64,000 nt of DNA. Origin: Octopus vulgaris (lineage: Eukaryota). Shown piece by piece: positions 1 to 16,090 of this stretch. Location: contig OX597837.1 of assembly GCA_951406725.2 (NCBI GenBank), forward strand, positions 10,540,001 to 10,604,000. Reading direction: 5' to 3'. Every line of letters begins with the position of its first letter. Position 1 is the stretch's first letter. The position numbers and the translations under genes are program-made. The notes beneath the pieces were generated by a model. That model was not told where the DNA came from, made no database searches, and worked only from the letters and a program-made list of their open reading frames with translations.

Positions 1-165
1 GAGAGAGAGAAGGATTAGAAACGATAGTATTTTTAAATGAGGGAGGACAAGAAAAGTTCGCTTCTAGCCTGGATCTTTCACATTGGAAACATAGGATGGT
101 GTGTGTGTGGCTCTTAGTATGTATGTGTGTGTGTGTGTGTCTGTAACTCTTTGTGCGTATATGTG

Positions 166-200
<35 letters not shown>

Positions 201-227
201 TTGTATATAACTGACTAGCTCTTCGTA

Positions 228-259
<32 letters not shown>

Positions 260-827
260 GGTAGATGTATGTATGTATGTATGTATGTATACAGATGTGT
301 ATGTGAGTATATATATATGTGTGTGTGTGCTTTCTACTAAGATTTAGGAATGATAGATAGCCAGTCCACACTAGCGCAAAGAGTTCGTTTACAAATACAT
401 TCAGATATGTGTGTGTCTGTACGTGTGTACAAATGCATGCATGCGTCTGTGTACGTGTGTGTGTATGCGTGTGTAATATTTGTAAAAGAATAATATTCCT
501 ACCCGGTTCGCTTCTGCCCGCTTCTTTTCGACGACGAAGATGACGACAGATGCATCATTCGGAACGTGAAGAAAAAGAACAAGCCAAGAACGATAACTCG
601 TCCGTGGTGACCCACTCCATTCAACTCTATCTTTCTCTCTAAAGAGAAATTCTCTAGTCTTTCTCCTTTTTCTTTTTCTTCCTCCCCACCAAAAAAACTT
701 GATGATGTATACACACATTCATATATACATATATGTATATATATATACACGCAAAGAGAAAATACTGCATAATAAATTATATATGTATACATATTCTTTC
801 ATACATATATACATACATATATCCATG

Positions 828-881
<54 letters not shown>

Positions 882-1379
882 TGCATAAATATATTTGCAC
901 ATATACATATATAAATATATACATGTATATATACCTTCATGCGTACACAATATATAGTTATATACATACCACAAACACACATACATACTTATAAATACAA
1001 ACATATATGCACAGAAAAAAAATTGAATTAATATACATATATAATATACACACATACTTATGTATACATACACACTTGCATACACACACACACACACACA
1101 TGCTAAATAAATGTATATATATATATATATATATATAATGATACATACACACACATTCACAGACACACATATATAAATGTATGCACATCTATATCTTTCT
1201 ATATATATGTATGTAGATGAATATATTTATATACAGTGGTATATATACACTGTACAACAACCACGTTAGTTCTTATCTATTATTGCTACAACAACATTTC
1301 TTCGTGACTACTGATCACCCCCCCCTCACACCAATTCCGTTCTTTCTGCTTCTCAAGTACTTTTTATAATCGTTACTAT

Positions 1380-1410
<31 letters not shown>

Positions 1411-1732
1411 CTCAAAGATATGAATGTATCTATGAATATGAAAGCGTATACGGAAAAGTGTATATATGAAGTACATATATGGATATATATATATATATAT
1501 ACATATATACATTTATACACGGGCACACACATAGAGCGATACACACACACACACACACACACACACAGGCATCTACTCAAATTTAGCAGCCATTTTTTTA
1601 AACACACATACACACAAACACAAACACACACACACATATATATATGTGGAGAGAGAGAGAGAGATACATGTGTATATATATATATATATATATATACATA
1701 CTCATTATTATATATATGTGTAAGTATGTATA

Positions 1733-1768
<36 letters not shown>

Positions 1769-2742
1769 CATATATATCTATTCATATACATGTACACATA
1801 CATAGATATATATATATATTTATATATATGTATATATATATATATATATATTTATATGTATATATATGTTTATATATATGTATATATATAGATAGATACA
1901 CACACATACATATCTATTCATATATATATACATACATGTACATATACATAAATATATATTTACATATATGTATATATATATATATATATAGAAAGATAGA
2001 TGGACACACACACATTTTATATATATGTGTGTGTGTGTATAAGTATATATATATAGAGAGATAGATAGATAGATAGATATATAGAGAGAGTGAAAGAGAG
2101 CGAAATATAGAAGTGTATGTGTGTGTGTGAGTGAAGGTTTGTCTCTGTGTGTGTGAGTGTGTGTATGCGTGTGTGTGTGTGTGTGTGTGTGTGCGTTTCT
2201 GAGTACCTCTAGCATAGGACTCAAAAATATCAAAAATGTCGTGTAACAATTGTACTGAGTAGTTTAGTAAGAAGGTCAATGACTCACAACGGTGTTTGGT
2301 AGAGTCACGTTGGATAAGCTATCCCAGGATTCCCGCCTAAGCACGAAAATATTGGTCCACCACAACAGGACGTTCAACTTTCCAGTCACCTCGGTCATAC
2401 ATGGATGTATGCAGTATGTAAGCATACATAACAGAGAGAGACAGACAGACAGACAGACAGATAGAGACAGAGAGAGAGTGAAAGAGAAATAAATACATAG
2501 ATTAGGAGAGATGTGTGTGTGTAAGCATATATATGTGTGTGTGTGTGTATGTATAGGGAAAGAGGGGAGAATAAAAAGATAAATAGATAAGATAGGTAGA
2601 TATGGAACGCCGCATATATATGTTGATGTATAATATATATCTATGCATTCATGTATATATCATATGCGTACATATATGTACGTATGTATGTATATATATA
2701 TATATGTGTATATATGTATATATATATATATATATATGTATT

Positions 2743-2774
<32 letters not shown>

Positions 2775-2831
2775 CATATATATATATACAATATATATAT
2801 ACATATATATATATACATATATATATATACA

Positions 2832-2925
<94 letters not shown>

Positions 2926-3204
2926 GTATATACTTACGTACAAACATATGTATGTATGTATATCATGTATATATATATATGTGTGTGTGTGTACATGTAT
3001 GTATATATGTATATACACTTGCCTGTGTTTTTCAAATTATATTATTTTAAAGTTTTATACTTTCTAAGACCCTATATTATATGTATGCATATGTATATAT
3101 ATACATATACATACATACATATATATACATTTATATTTTAAAGTTTATACTTTCAAAGACCCTATATTATATACATACATACATACATACACACATACAT
3201 ACAC

Positions 3205-3291
<87 letters not shown>

Positions 3292-3359
3292 TGTATGTGT
3301 GTATGTATGTATATAATATAGGGTCTTTGAAAGTATAAACTTTAAAATATAAATGTATA

Positions 3360-3461
<102 letters not shown>

Positions 3462-4088
3462 CAGATACACGTATAGATATGTTCATATTTTCCCACATAT
3501 ATTAAATATATCCACACGTGTGTGTGTATGTATGTATGTGTGTGTGTGTGTGTGTGTGTGTAAACATACATACAGTGTTATCCAGAAATAATGAAATCCC
3601 GCTCAATTCTTCATCCTATGAAAAGATTTGGCGCCTCTGATCTTGTTTTCTTTATTAAGTGATATACATACATTCATACACACACACCCATACACACACA
3701 CACACATAGTCTACACTTGTATGCATTCATACAGAGACACAGTGAAACTCAGACTTATACAAGAAGTGTTATACATACATATATACACCTTCACACAGTC
3801 ATACTTTCATTTATTCAAATATACACAAGTATATATATATATATATATGTACATACATATATATACATATATATATATATACACACACACATATAGATAT
3901 ATACACACACACACACTAACATACACATATATATATATATATATATATAGCAAATACACACGAATAAACATGCTGACACCTATGTATACACAGACAGTTA
4001 GACAGATAAATTGATAGATAAGGAAACAGATAAATAGATGGATAGATAGATATGTTTCTTTATTAGCCAGACAGACAGACAGACAGAC

Positions 4089-4151
<63 letters not shown>

Positions 4152-4359
4152 GGGATGGATGGATAGGTAGGTAGGTAGGTAGGTAGGTAGATAGATATAT
4201 AGATAGATGGATGGATGGATAGATAGACAGATATACACACTATACGCACATATGCACATGTATATATATATATATATTTATATGCATATATATATATATA
4301 TATATGCATACACGTGTACATATGCTATATATAAATCTCTATATATCTGCCTGTTGGCA

Positions 4360-4420
<61 letters not shown>

Positions 4421-4812
4421 CATATGTATATATATATACATATATATATATGGTGCCCCAGCATGGCCGCAGCCTTCGGGCTGAAACATTTTTAAGGATT
4501 TAAGGGTATACATATATATATACATATATACATACATATATATATATATATATATACATACATACATACATACACACATACATATATACATGCACAGACA
4601 TACATACATACACACACATAGACATATATGTATCTATTTATACATATATGTATATATACATATGTGTATATATGTATATATATAAATACATAGATGCATA
4701 TATATATTTGTGTAATGCAAATATGTGCATTTGTAAACTGGTGTAACGCAATGAATGGTGTTACTTCCCTTTATTTCTGGAGGCCTGACCCATTCCTTAA
4801 ACGGAGATTGAC

Positions 4813-5357
<545 letters not shown>

Positions 5358-5439
5358 GCGAGTGAATCAAGGTGTTGACGAAGAGAAACGGAAGAATTGT
5401 ACAATTTCTGTTTGTCTTTTATATGTTGCATCTTTTTTC

Positions 5440-5689
5440 GACTGGGGTCGATGTAAGCGACTTAATCCGTTTGTCTGTCCTTGTTTGTCCCCTCTGTGTT
5501 TAGCCCCTTGTGGGTAGTAAAGAAATAGGTATTTCGCCCGTCACTCCGATCTGAGTTCAAATTCCGCCGAGGTCGACTTTGCCTTTCATCATTTCGGGAT
5601 CGATAAAATCAATACCTGTTCAACACTGCCGTCGATGTAATCGACACATCTCCACCTCCTCCAAGCTGCCCTTGCGGCAAAACTTTGAA

Positions 5690-5690
<1 letters not shown>
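5440..5690 (+). mobile_element. SINE family C fragment
   Basis: ctgagttcaaattccgccgaggtcgactttgcctttcatc core and ctggggtcgatgtaa motif shared with other C copies. Confidence 0.8.
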
Positions 5691-5731
<41 letters not shown>

Positions 5732-5778
5732 TAATTGTCCTTATAAGAAACAAACCTTCATGGCCAGAATTCTATATA

Positions 5779-6329
<551 letters not shown>

Positions 6330-6810
6330 ACTCCTACACTAAACTTTGCAAAATTCTTGTATTTACCATTCCGTGTTAGGGCTGTTAGCTGGTCCCTTTC
6401 TTTGTCTCAGCTTTTCGAGCTCCCTTATTTGACATTTACTAACGTTGCAAAGAGCACCAGTAATAATGGGTAAAATAAACGGGGTCGGGTGGGAGTTAAT
6501 CTGTTTCACGAAGCCATTTTCTTTTTCTTCTCATTTATATATTTATTTATTGGTTCTCTTTCATTAGCAATTGTCCTGCAATAATTTCTTTCTCACGGAT
6601 TTTGGAAAGACATGTTCACATCCACACGACAGCTGACCTCTATAACTGTACATAATACATGCTTGCTTTTCTTCTTTCTCGCTTCTCATACAAATACATC
6701 AAGCCCGTTGTGCTTGTATTTGCCGGAAGTTGGCGGAAGTCATGTGTTGAAATGTACGTCCATATTCAGCAACAGAAACACCTCATATCTGTGTGTAGGT
6801 AGATAGATAA

Positions 6811-6860
<50 letters not shown>

Positions 6861-6891
6861 GCATACATACATACATACATACATAGGTATG

Positions 6892-6938
<47 letters not shown>

Positions 6939-7257
6939 GTAGGTAGGTAGGTAGGTAGGTAGGTAGGTAGGTAGGTAGGTAGGTAGAAGGGCATACAAAG
7001 AAACCGAACGAAAACAAACATGGAGGGTCGTTAGACCAGAGGGAGAAGATCATAGTGAGGAATATTTTATTGAAAAGAGAAAAGATAGGAGAGAAATGAA
7101 AACGTCCGTGCAGGAAAAAGAAAGATGGTCACGTGAGGCTAAGAAAGATGGACGATGGTCACGTGCGAACAATGTGAGAGAGGGAGAAAAAGAAAAAGAG
7201 GGAGAGAGAGAGACATAGAAATCAGTGAAGGAGGGAGGAGGAGTGTTCTTATTGTTG

Positions 7258-7309
<52 letters not shown>

Positions 7310-7311
7310 CA

Positions 7312-7560
7312 CCCTAGTGGTTAGTGTGTTGCACTGACGATGGCGAGAGCGTGGTTTCAATTCCTAGACCGGGTGGTGCGTTCTGTTGTTCTTGAGCAAA
7401 ACACTACATCTCACGCTGCTCTACAATTCCTTCGACACCTGACGCGTGACACACCTGCGCACCTGTCCAGGTAACGTCGATTTGATGGAGGGAGTAAGGT
7501 AAAGTGCAGCAGATACATTTGATCACTATAAGCGAATCATTTGTGCAGGTCATTCGACAA
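7312..7560 (+). mobile_element. SINE with family-B head and a different body
   Basis: tagtggttagtgtgttg...gtttcaattcctagaccgg...ttcttgagcaaaacact. Confidence 0.65.
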
Positions 7561-7623
7561 AAGCTAAAGGATTATAAGTCGTCTTTAATCATCATTATCA
7601 TCATCGTCGTCCTCGTCGTTGTT

Positions 7624-7654
<31 letters not shown>

Positions 7655-7861
7655 CTGTTGATGAGCTATCAATAAATACTTCAGCGACACACAGACTGAG
7701 ATTTAGTTCCGTACCATTTATCACAATTTCTGTAAACCAACGTGGAACATTAACACAGTAACTACACACATGCGCGTACGCACACACACACACACAGACA
7801 AACACAAATGCACACGCACACATGCGTTTACACAAGCATACATACGTGCATATAAGCATAC

Positions 7862-7892
<31 letters not shown>

Positions 7893-8116
7893 CATATATA
7901 TATATACACACACATATATATACATATATATATACATAGATATATATACATATATATATACATATATATATATATACACACATATGCGAGAGAATGTATG
8001 CGTATACATATTGTATACGAATATAAATATATATGTACAGTATGTATATAAATATATGTATATATCTATATACACACAAACACACACACAGACACACATA
8101 CCCAACTAATGTATTA

Positions 8117-8460
8117 TATTCGTCTTGGAGACTTTCGATGCAATCGCTTCAGTATTTTGATACAGCGGCGATACAAGATCCATGTTTCAGATGAGTTTAA
8201 CAGGGATGTAATGACGTAAGCATGCGTCACGGAGGCAAAGCCTGAAGCACGGGTCTGAAGACTCATCTTTGACCTGACTTCGTTTCTGCCATGATCCGTC
8301 AGCGACTTAAGTCTATTCTCCTCCATAGTTTTATGCTAAGGGGCGGTTCACGAATTGTGTTTGGCCTGTTAAAATGAATTGCTTTCGTCTCTGAACACTT
8401 CGAGTTTCACGACACAGCGATCATCAGGTGCAAGAATAGGAATCGCGAGACCAGAGAGTT
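8117..8460 (-). mobile_element. Degenerate RTE-clade LINE fragment
   Basis: ORF 8114-8326 ends [35 protein letters not shown], matching the RTE post-RT motif LLYG.ETW..YRR....L..FH...LR.I. Confidence 0.7.
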
Positions 8461-8614
8461 CGTTTCGTACATATACATACATACATACAAGCATTAATAC
8501 ATACATACATACATACATACATACATACATACATACACACATGCATATACATACATGCATACATCCATAATGCATACATCCATACATATATGCACACATA
8601 CATACATACATACA

Positions 8615-8647
<33 letters not shown>

Positions 8648-9032
8648 GCATACATACATACATATATGCATACATATATGCATACATACATATATGCATA
8701 CATACATACATACATACATACATACATACATACATACATACATAATGCATACATACAAATATGCATACATACATATATGCATACATACATATATGCATAC
8801 ATACATATATGCATACATATATGCATACATACATATATGCATACATACATATATGCATACATACATACATACATACATACATACATAATGCATACATACA
8901 TATATGCATACATACATATATGCATACATACATATATGCATACATACATACATAATGCGTACATACATACATGCATACATACTTATATACACGTATATAT
9001 GTGTGTGTCTGTGTGTGTGTATGTATACACAT

Positions 9033-9416
9033 GCGCAGGAGTAGTTGTGTGGTAGGAAGCTTGCATCTCAACAATGTGGTTGAGGGTTCAATTCCAATTG
9101 CGTGGCACCTTGGGCAAATGTCTTCTACCATAACCTCGGACAGACCAAAGCCTTGTAAGTGAAGTTGGTAGACGGAAACTGAAAGAAGCACGTCGTATAT
9201 GTGTGTGTGTGTGAATGTGTGTTTCTGTGTTTGACACCCGTCCACCATCGCTTCACAACCGATGTTGGTGTGTTTACCTCCCCGTAACCGAGCGGTTCGG
9301 CATGGGGGCCGATAGAGTAGATACTAGGCTTACAAAGATTAAGTCCTGGAGTTGATTCATTCGACTAAAGGCGGTGCTCCAGCATGACTGCAGTGAAATG
9401 ACTGAAGGACGTAAAA

Positions 9417-9420
<4 letters not shown>
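9033..9420 (+). mobile_element. SINE family A
   Basis: Collinear with 5779-6329 and 22425-22835. Confidence 0.88.
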
Positions 9421-9447
<27 letters not shown>

Positions 9448-9498
9448 CTTATACACACACACATATATATAAAATGTGTGTGTGTGTGCATCTATCTT

Positions 9499-9580
<82 letters not shown>

Positions 9581-9688
9581 TGTAAATATATATCTATGTA
9601 TATGTACATGTATGTATATATATGAACAGATATGTATGTGTGTGTATCTATCTATTATATATATATATATATACATATATATATTTAC

Positions 9689-9720
<32 letters not shown>

Positions 9721-9737
9721 GTATGTTTACATGTATA

Positions 9738-9784
<47 letters not shown>

Positions 9785-9838
9785 CCATGCTTTTGCAATT
9801 TGAGCCAATAAAAATTGAATTGAATTGAATATATATAC

Positions 9839-9930
<92 letters not shown>

Positions 9931-10247
9931 GTGTGTACATGTCTATGTTGGCTGTCAACGACATTCTTGTTTAACAACATTAAATTTGTACTCAACAAAA
10001 GTACAGTATGACCCATCAGATAAACGAAAAGGTTGCGTTTATCGTAATTGAACATAAAAAAACCCCCATTGATTTGTAGGTATGAATGTATGCATGCATG
10101 TATGCATGTAATGTATTATGTATGTATGCATGTTTGTATGTATGAATGCATGTATGAATGCATGTATGTGTGTGTGTGTGTATATATGAATGTGTGTATA
10201 CTTATTTATATATATATATGTAGATATAGAACTGTTTGTAACATATG

Positions 10248-10297
<50 letters not shown>

Positions 10298-10407
10298 CAT
10301 ATACACACATACATACATATGTTTTTGTGTGTAATCTAACATCTATGTATAATAGGTGTAAATGTGTGGGCGTGCATGTGACCTTGTATACATTTATATG
10401 TATGTAT

Positions 10408-10459
<52 letters not shown>

Positions 10460-10500
10460 GTATTCATATATATATATCTTTATATACATACATATATGTG

Positions 10501-10532
<32 letters not shown>

Positions 10533-10550
10533 TGTATGTATGTATGTATG

Positions 10551-10586
<36 letters not shown>

Positions 10587-11018
10587 TATTAAAATAGAAA
10601 GGAGTGACAAAAGCAAAGTGAACGCATGGGCATATATTGTTATTGTTGTTGTTGTTGCTGTTGTCGCTGGCGGTGGTCATGGTGGTAGCGGCGGCGGCGG
10701 CGTCGGTGGTGTAATCGCCCGTCGTAATCACGCAATGTTACCCTCGTCGTCACAAGCAGAGACCGTGGCGAAAGCAATATGGTAAAAGTCGAATAATTGG
10801 GCGAATAAACAACGAAAAGTATTAATACGTGTTCCACAAGTTTACACTAACCCAATATAGAATGTGAATGACCTTTGTGCTTCATATCTATGACTGTATG
10901 CGCCCGCGCGCCTCAGTGAGTTATTTATAAACAGTTTGGTTCGGTTTGCTGTTTCTTAAAGTTTCGCGGGCGCCTTTAACAGAAGTTCGTCTCTTTCAGG
11001 CTTTAGGTTACAGAGTAG

Positions 11019-11230
11019 TTCTGGGTTTGGTCCCACAGCGTGGCACTTTGGGCAAGTGTCTTCTACTATAGCCTCGGGCCGAGCAAAGCCCTGTGACTGG
11101 ATTTGATAGACGGAAACTGAATGAAGCCCGTCGTATGTGTGTGTGCGTCTTTGAGTCTGTAGCTGTCCCTTCTCCACCGCTTGACAACCGGTGAGAGTGT
11201 GTTTACGTGCCCGTGACTTTGCGTTTCGGT
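11019..11230 (+). mobile_element. SINE family A, partial
   Basis: B-box region to mid body collinear with full copies. Confidence 0.8.
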
Positions 11231-11244
11231 TAAACATACATACA

Positions 11245-11275
<31 letters not shown>

Positions 11276-11559
11276 GTGAATATTTATAACCTCTACATAT
11301 GACCTCTGCATATGTATATAGATATGTGCTCAGTGAACAATTCAAAAGTGCCTTCACTTCTCCAGTGGGACATATGCCAATAATGACCCGGCTGTGTTCT
11401 TTAATATTACAGCTCTGCAGAGGGAAGTGGCAATCATTGATTACATCGGCTTTGAGAAGACAACCATTGATGGAATGAGCTTAGACAACGGTCATTGACG
11501 AAATTAGCTTAAACAGCAGTGATTGATGAAATGAGCTTAAACTGAAATGAGTCTTCTCG

Positions 11560-11818
11560 TGAAATTAACAAGGTAGCGGTTGAGTACTCCATAGACGCGA
11601 GCACCCTTAACGTAATTCTCAGTGAGATTCCGCGTGATACAGAATGTGACATGGTTGGCCCCTTTGAATTACAAGTGCTGCTCATTTTTGCTAGCTGAGT
11701 GGACTGGGGCAACGTGAAATCAACTGTCTTGATCAAGGACAAAACCTGTCGCCGGGAATCGAACTCACGACCGAACGATTGTGAGCAGAATACCGTAACC
11801 ATTGAACCACGCGCCTTC
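11560..11818 (-). mobile_element. SINE with family-B head and alternative 3' body
   Basis: Reverse head ccacgcgccttc; body cccttaacgtaattctc shared with 21830-21850. Confidence 0.7.
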
Positions 11819-11884
11819 ACTCAATAGGTATAATGATGCATCATTTCATATGCACTTTACCAAGATGGCAAAAAAAAAAGGGGG

Positions 11885-12118
11885 TAAGCACTTGGCTGAA
11901 TGGATACTAAAGCCATTCAAACAATGTTTTCAACCGTCTGGATAACTGCTTTCAGCTGGGGTCACTGCATAGGGTCAAACTAGCAGCGGAGCTTGAGGCC
12001 ATCCAACGGTCCTAAGATAAAATGGTTGCCACAGTGCAGCAGATAAATTACGGGAAGAGGCTGAAAAAACCAGGACTTTACTCCCTGGAATGAAAACGTG
12101 AAAGGTGTATAATAAAAT
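11885..12118 (+). mobile_element. Older degenerate fragment of the same CR1-group LINE ORF2
   Basis: Reads LAEWILKPF...LDNCFQL...ELEAIQRS...LYSLE with stops and frameshifts, collinear with the 43173 ORF. Confidence 0.75.
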
Positions 12119-12749
12119 AAACAACAGTTGGATATTGGAATCGATGTCATCGACGTACCCCTCGCCAAAGTTTACTGGCCTTGTGCCAAAATTCAAAACC
12201 AATATTTGTTCCAGATCTTTACATACCGTGTTCGAATCAGAGCGAGGTACAATTTTTGTATTTCATCCTTCGATAAACTATATCACTCGAATTATACTGA
12301 GCCGATACAATATAATAATGCTTCTTTGTATATTTGCGCCTATATCTGTAACAAATCTGTTATGGATTTGGGCCACAGAAAAAAGTGCATTTAGACGTTT
12401 TAATAGCAGTTTTATACCATCTTCGCTTCATTGGTTAAGTATTCGTGTCAGATTGAATCAGAGTGTAATGTTTCATTTGATTGTTTAGTCAGCAGAAATA
12501 TATGCCTTCTGTGATTTTCATCTAAGTCAAACGAAGTTATCTCCTTCTCGTTTTTGTTGTATGTTCATTCGTTATACAATGGAGAATTAACGTTGTTGCT
12601 ATTATCTATTGCATTGAGAAGGGATGAAGGGATGAAGGGATGGTGTTTCGTCTGGCTGAATGTTCAGTGTGTCGGATGAAATGATGTCTTGTGAGTTTTG
12701 TATGATCTCTGTACATAAGCACACACACACACACACACGTATGTATGCA

Positions 12750-12788
<39 letters not shown>

Positions 12789-13017
12789 GTATGTATGTAT
12801 GTACACGTAAATACATACGTCTAAGCATATGCACCCATATGCATATATACATGTACGTATGCATACATGTATGTATAAATATATATACGCATATATATGT
12901 ATTAATGTTTGTTTTTATGCTTAGTTTTGATAAAAACAATGTTGCATTAATCTGAGGGGTTTCTCTATAATTTTGTAGAGTACAAATTTATTATTCTTAA
13001 ACTTATGTGCGTGTGTA

Positions 13018-13059
<42 letters not shown>

Positions 13060-13828
13060 CGCGTGTGTGCGTGCGTGTGTATACATATACATATGTATAT
13101 ATATGTAATCGACAAAAACGATCTTAACAGCAACATACATTTATAATTCAAGGTTGCAAATGCATAATTTTCACAGAGAGATCATAATATAATTTCTTTC
13201 AACGGCTGTTTCATCGAGAATAAGTATCATTAATTCTGTTTCCCAATTACGATAGATAAATGGTTAATATAAATGATTTTAAATTAAATTAATCTAAAGT
13301 ATTGTTACCTCAGATTATTAAGAATATTATGGACTGTGCTACCAACGAGTTATTTTACAAATTTTGATTGTAATTCACGAGAGAGCTTTACTCTCTTGTA
13401 GTCAGAATAACCCATCTTGTGGCTAGAACAACACGTCCTACAAGTAGATAGAGTAATTATACAGATACTTCAGCAAGTTAAGTGTCCGGGTCTTCGTCTA
13501 AGCATCCTATCTTAGTCGACTGGGCAGATCGAAGATTTACAGTCGACTGGTTGAAAATGTGAACTCTCTGCACTATCTTTATCCCCAGCCATGATGAATA
13601 CTCTATATAGATACGATCGCAATGACTCCCATGCGACGGCTCTGTATCCGGCCACAATTAGGAAAAACCACTCGGAGAAAATTATCGGTTATGAGTACTG
13701 CCTGAACAGGTTTGTGAGGCATTTTTATAATCCGTCTTCTCTCGGCTAATCCCACTCGTTCCCAATATGTGTCTAAAATGTTATTCCAGCCTGTCACTAG
13801 ACGTTCCAAGCACGCACTTCTCGACGCC

Positions 13829-14028
13829 TTAGTTAGTTAGTTAGTTAATTTTTGGCTCAAAAAGCAAAAAGCAAGGCCATGTAGGGGGACATGGAGTTAT
13901 GTACAGGGTGGTGTCCATGTAAAGAGTTCAAGCCATTTGTGGTCAAGGGAGACTTTGAACCGAACGGTCGTCGGCATCTTCACCATCTCGTCCAGCAGCT
14001 TATTCCACGGATCCGCAACCCGAAGAAA
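13829..14028 (-). mobile_element. 3' end of a second CR1-group LINE with (TAAC)n tail
   Basis: Minus strand translates FLRVADPWNKLLDEMVKMPTTVRFKVSLDHKW, matching the CR1-type C-terminal RV..WN.L...V......FK..LD..W pattern; followed by a short UTR and taactaactaac tail. Confidence 0.75.
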
Positions 14029-14497
14029 TACAGCTGGTTTACTTCCGCTGGATCATAGACGGGTCACTACTCTGAAGGCATCGCCATCACAACTGATCAC
14101 ATCCAACATTGTCCGTACCTCGAGTTACAAGCCTTTCCATAAAAGCATTGCACCTCCACCTCCGCACTAGTCAAGTACGGGATGTATACGTCGAAGACGG
14201 TTGTAAATATGGGTTTCCCGGAAACAACGCTTCCCACATCTATATCAAACCGAACCCAAGACTCGTGAATTTGTGCAGCCAACTCTGAATACAAAGTGAG
14301 AACGCTCATTCAGTTGGATCTTGAAGAAGGACTGGTGATTCGTTCTTCTGGACACGAAAGGGTTCTATAAAGTTCTCTGAAAGGATTTTTCAAGCCCCTT
14401 TCCAAACTTCCTCCTTGCTATTTGGTAAAACTTCCCCTTAATTTCATCTAGAGACTATTGGCGATCTCTTCTCCATCTTTGGACTTTTCCCTTTCTC

Positions 14498-14532
14498 CTT
14501 TCCGACGAAGAGCTATGCACGAAACATTAAAC
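14498..14532 (+). ncRNA. Decayed copy of the U4C hammerhead-like motif
   Basis: ttt CCGACGA a gagc-tat-gcac GAAAC ATT aaa; upstream flank homologous to 31480-31530. Confidence 0.45.
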
Positions 14533-14636
14533 TATTTCCGGGTTCAGTTCCACTGCGTGGCAGCTTGAGCAACTGTCTTCTACTATAGCTTCGGGCCGAC
14601 CAAAACCTTGTGAGTGGATTTGGTGGGCGGAAACTG

Positions 14637-14667
<31 letters not shown>

Positions 14668-15043
14668 ATGTGTGAAAAAGGTTCAAAGTAGATTCGTCCT
14701 TTAATTTGGAGGTTTCCAAACACGATTCCTAACGTTGATTATTCATATTTTTTCTGGTAATTTACAGTCGTAAATTTGCGAAGATATAAAAGTAATAATT
14801 GTGTATGATGTGTGGTGAATTTATGGAAAGAAGTCCAATAAAACTCATCAGTTTAGTTAAAAATGTAGAAGACAAGTTGTGAAAATATATAAGAGAATTT
14901 TAACAACTTGTCTTCTCCACACCACACATACACACATACATACACAAACACACACACACACACCAACACACCCACACACCCACACACACACATAATATAT
15001 ATTTTTTTCTCCCCTTGTTTCTCTACTTGTTTTTTCTGTGTCC

Positions 15044-15079
15044 CTTTCTGTAGAAGAGCGTAGGCTCGAAACGTAAAAG
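15044..15079 (+). ncRNA. Minimal hammerhead-like motif, A6U core variant
   Basis: cttt CTGTAGA a gagc-gtag-gctc GAAAC GTA aaag; perfect stems I and II. Confidence 0.6.
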
Positions 15080-15179
15080 ACTTTTTCTATTCCTGAGCGT
15101 TATACTAATACATCTGTTTGTTTTGTACACCACCTGTCTTCGTCTTTTGTTTTCTTCGTAAACTCTCCCTATATAGACT

Positions 15180-15213
<34 letters not shown>

Positions 15214-15455
15214 TTATATACTAATTCATAATTGATTTTAATTGTTTCTTTTTTTCTTTTTTCTCTTTATTTTATCCAGGGAGATGCCTGCCATTGCGAA
15301 GTGGACAAATTTCGAAACGGAGAGAAAAGGAGGAACGAAGCCCCCTTAGAACATCAAGAAAATGGGCTGGGGGTGGGCAGTGGGGAGGAGATGGATAATG
15401 TGGGAGAGCATAACAAGTGTTTAGAAAGAAAATTTGAAAAGACATATTGGTAGGG

Positions 15456-15495
<40 letters not shown>

Positions 15496-15736
15496 ATCCC
15501 CTTAATTTTGTAAACGGCAAATGTTTAATAGTAACCTCATAAAAGCTCCTATGGTACTTGTTGGTGCCTAAACATACATACATACATACATACATACATA
15601 CATACATACATACATACATACACACACACATACATACATACATATATACATACATACATACACATACATACATATACACATACATGCATACACATACATA
15701 TATACACACATACATACACACATACACATACATATA

Positions 15737-15896
15737 TTGGCATGGCAGGGTTTTGTATATATATATATACACACACATGTACTAGCAAGGCAGGGATTTA
15801 TGTATATATATTTGTGTGTGTGTATTGGCTTGGCAAGGACTTAAGGATTTGTATATATGTATATATATATATTGGCTTGGCAGGGATTTAGGGATT

Positions 15897-15963
<67 letters not shown>

Positions 15964-16090
15964 GGCTTGGCAGGGATTCAGGGATTTGTATATATATATA
16001 TATATATATATGTTGGAATGACAGGGACTTAAATATATATACATTGGTTGAGATTTATATATGTGTGTGTAAGTATTGGCAGGAATTTAC
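15737..16090. repeat. Minisatellite: ttggcttggcagggatttagggatttg units alternating with (TA)/(TG) tracts
   Basis: About 7 complete or degenerate units between 15737 and 16090. Confidence 0.8.

Noticed and set aside
12240-12580. Possible decayed LTR gag-like frame on the minus strand (EDGIKLLLKRLNALF)
   Set aside because: Resemblance is too short and interrupted to support without a search
15737-16090. CRISPR-like repeat-spacer pattern (also 57916-58597)
   Set aside because: Spacers are microsatellites of variable length, repeats are degenerate, there are no cas genes and the context is eukaryotic
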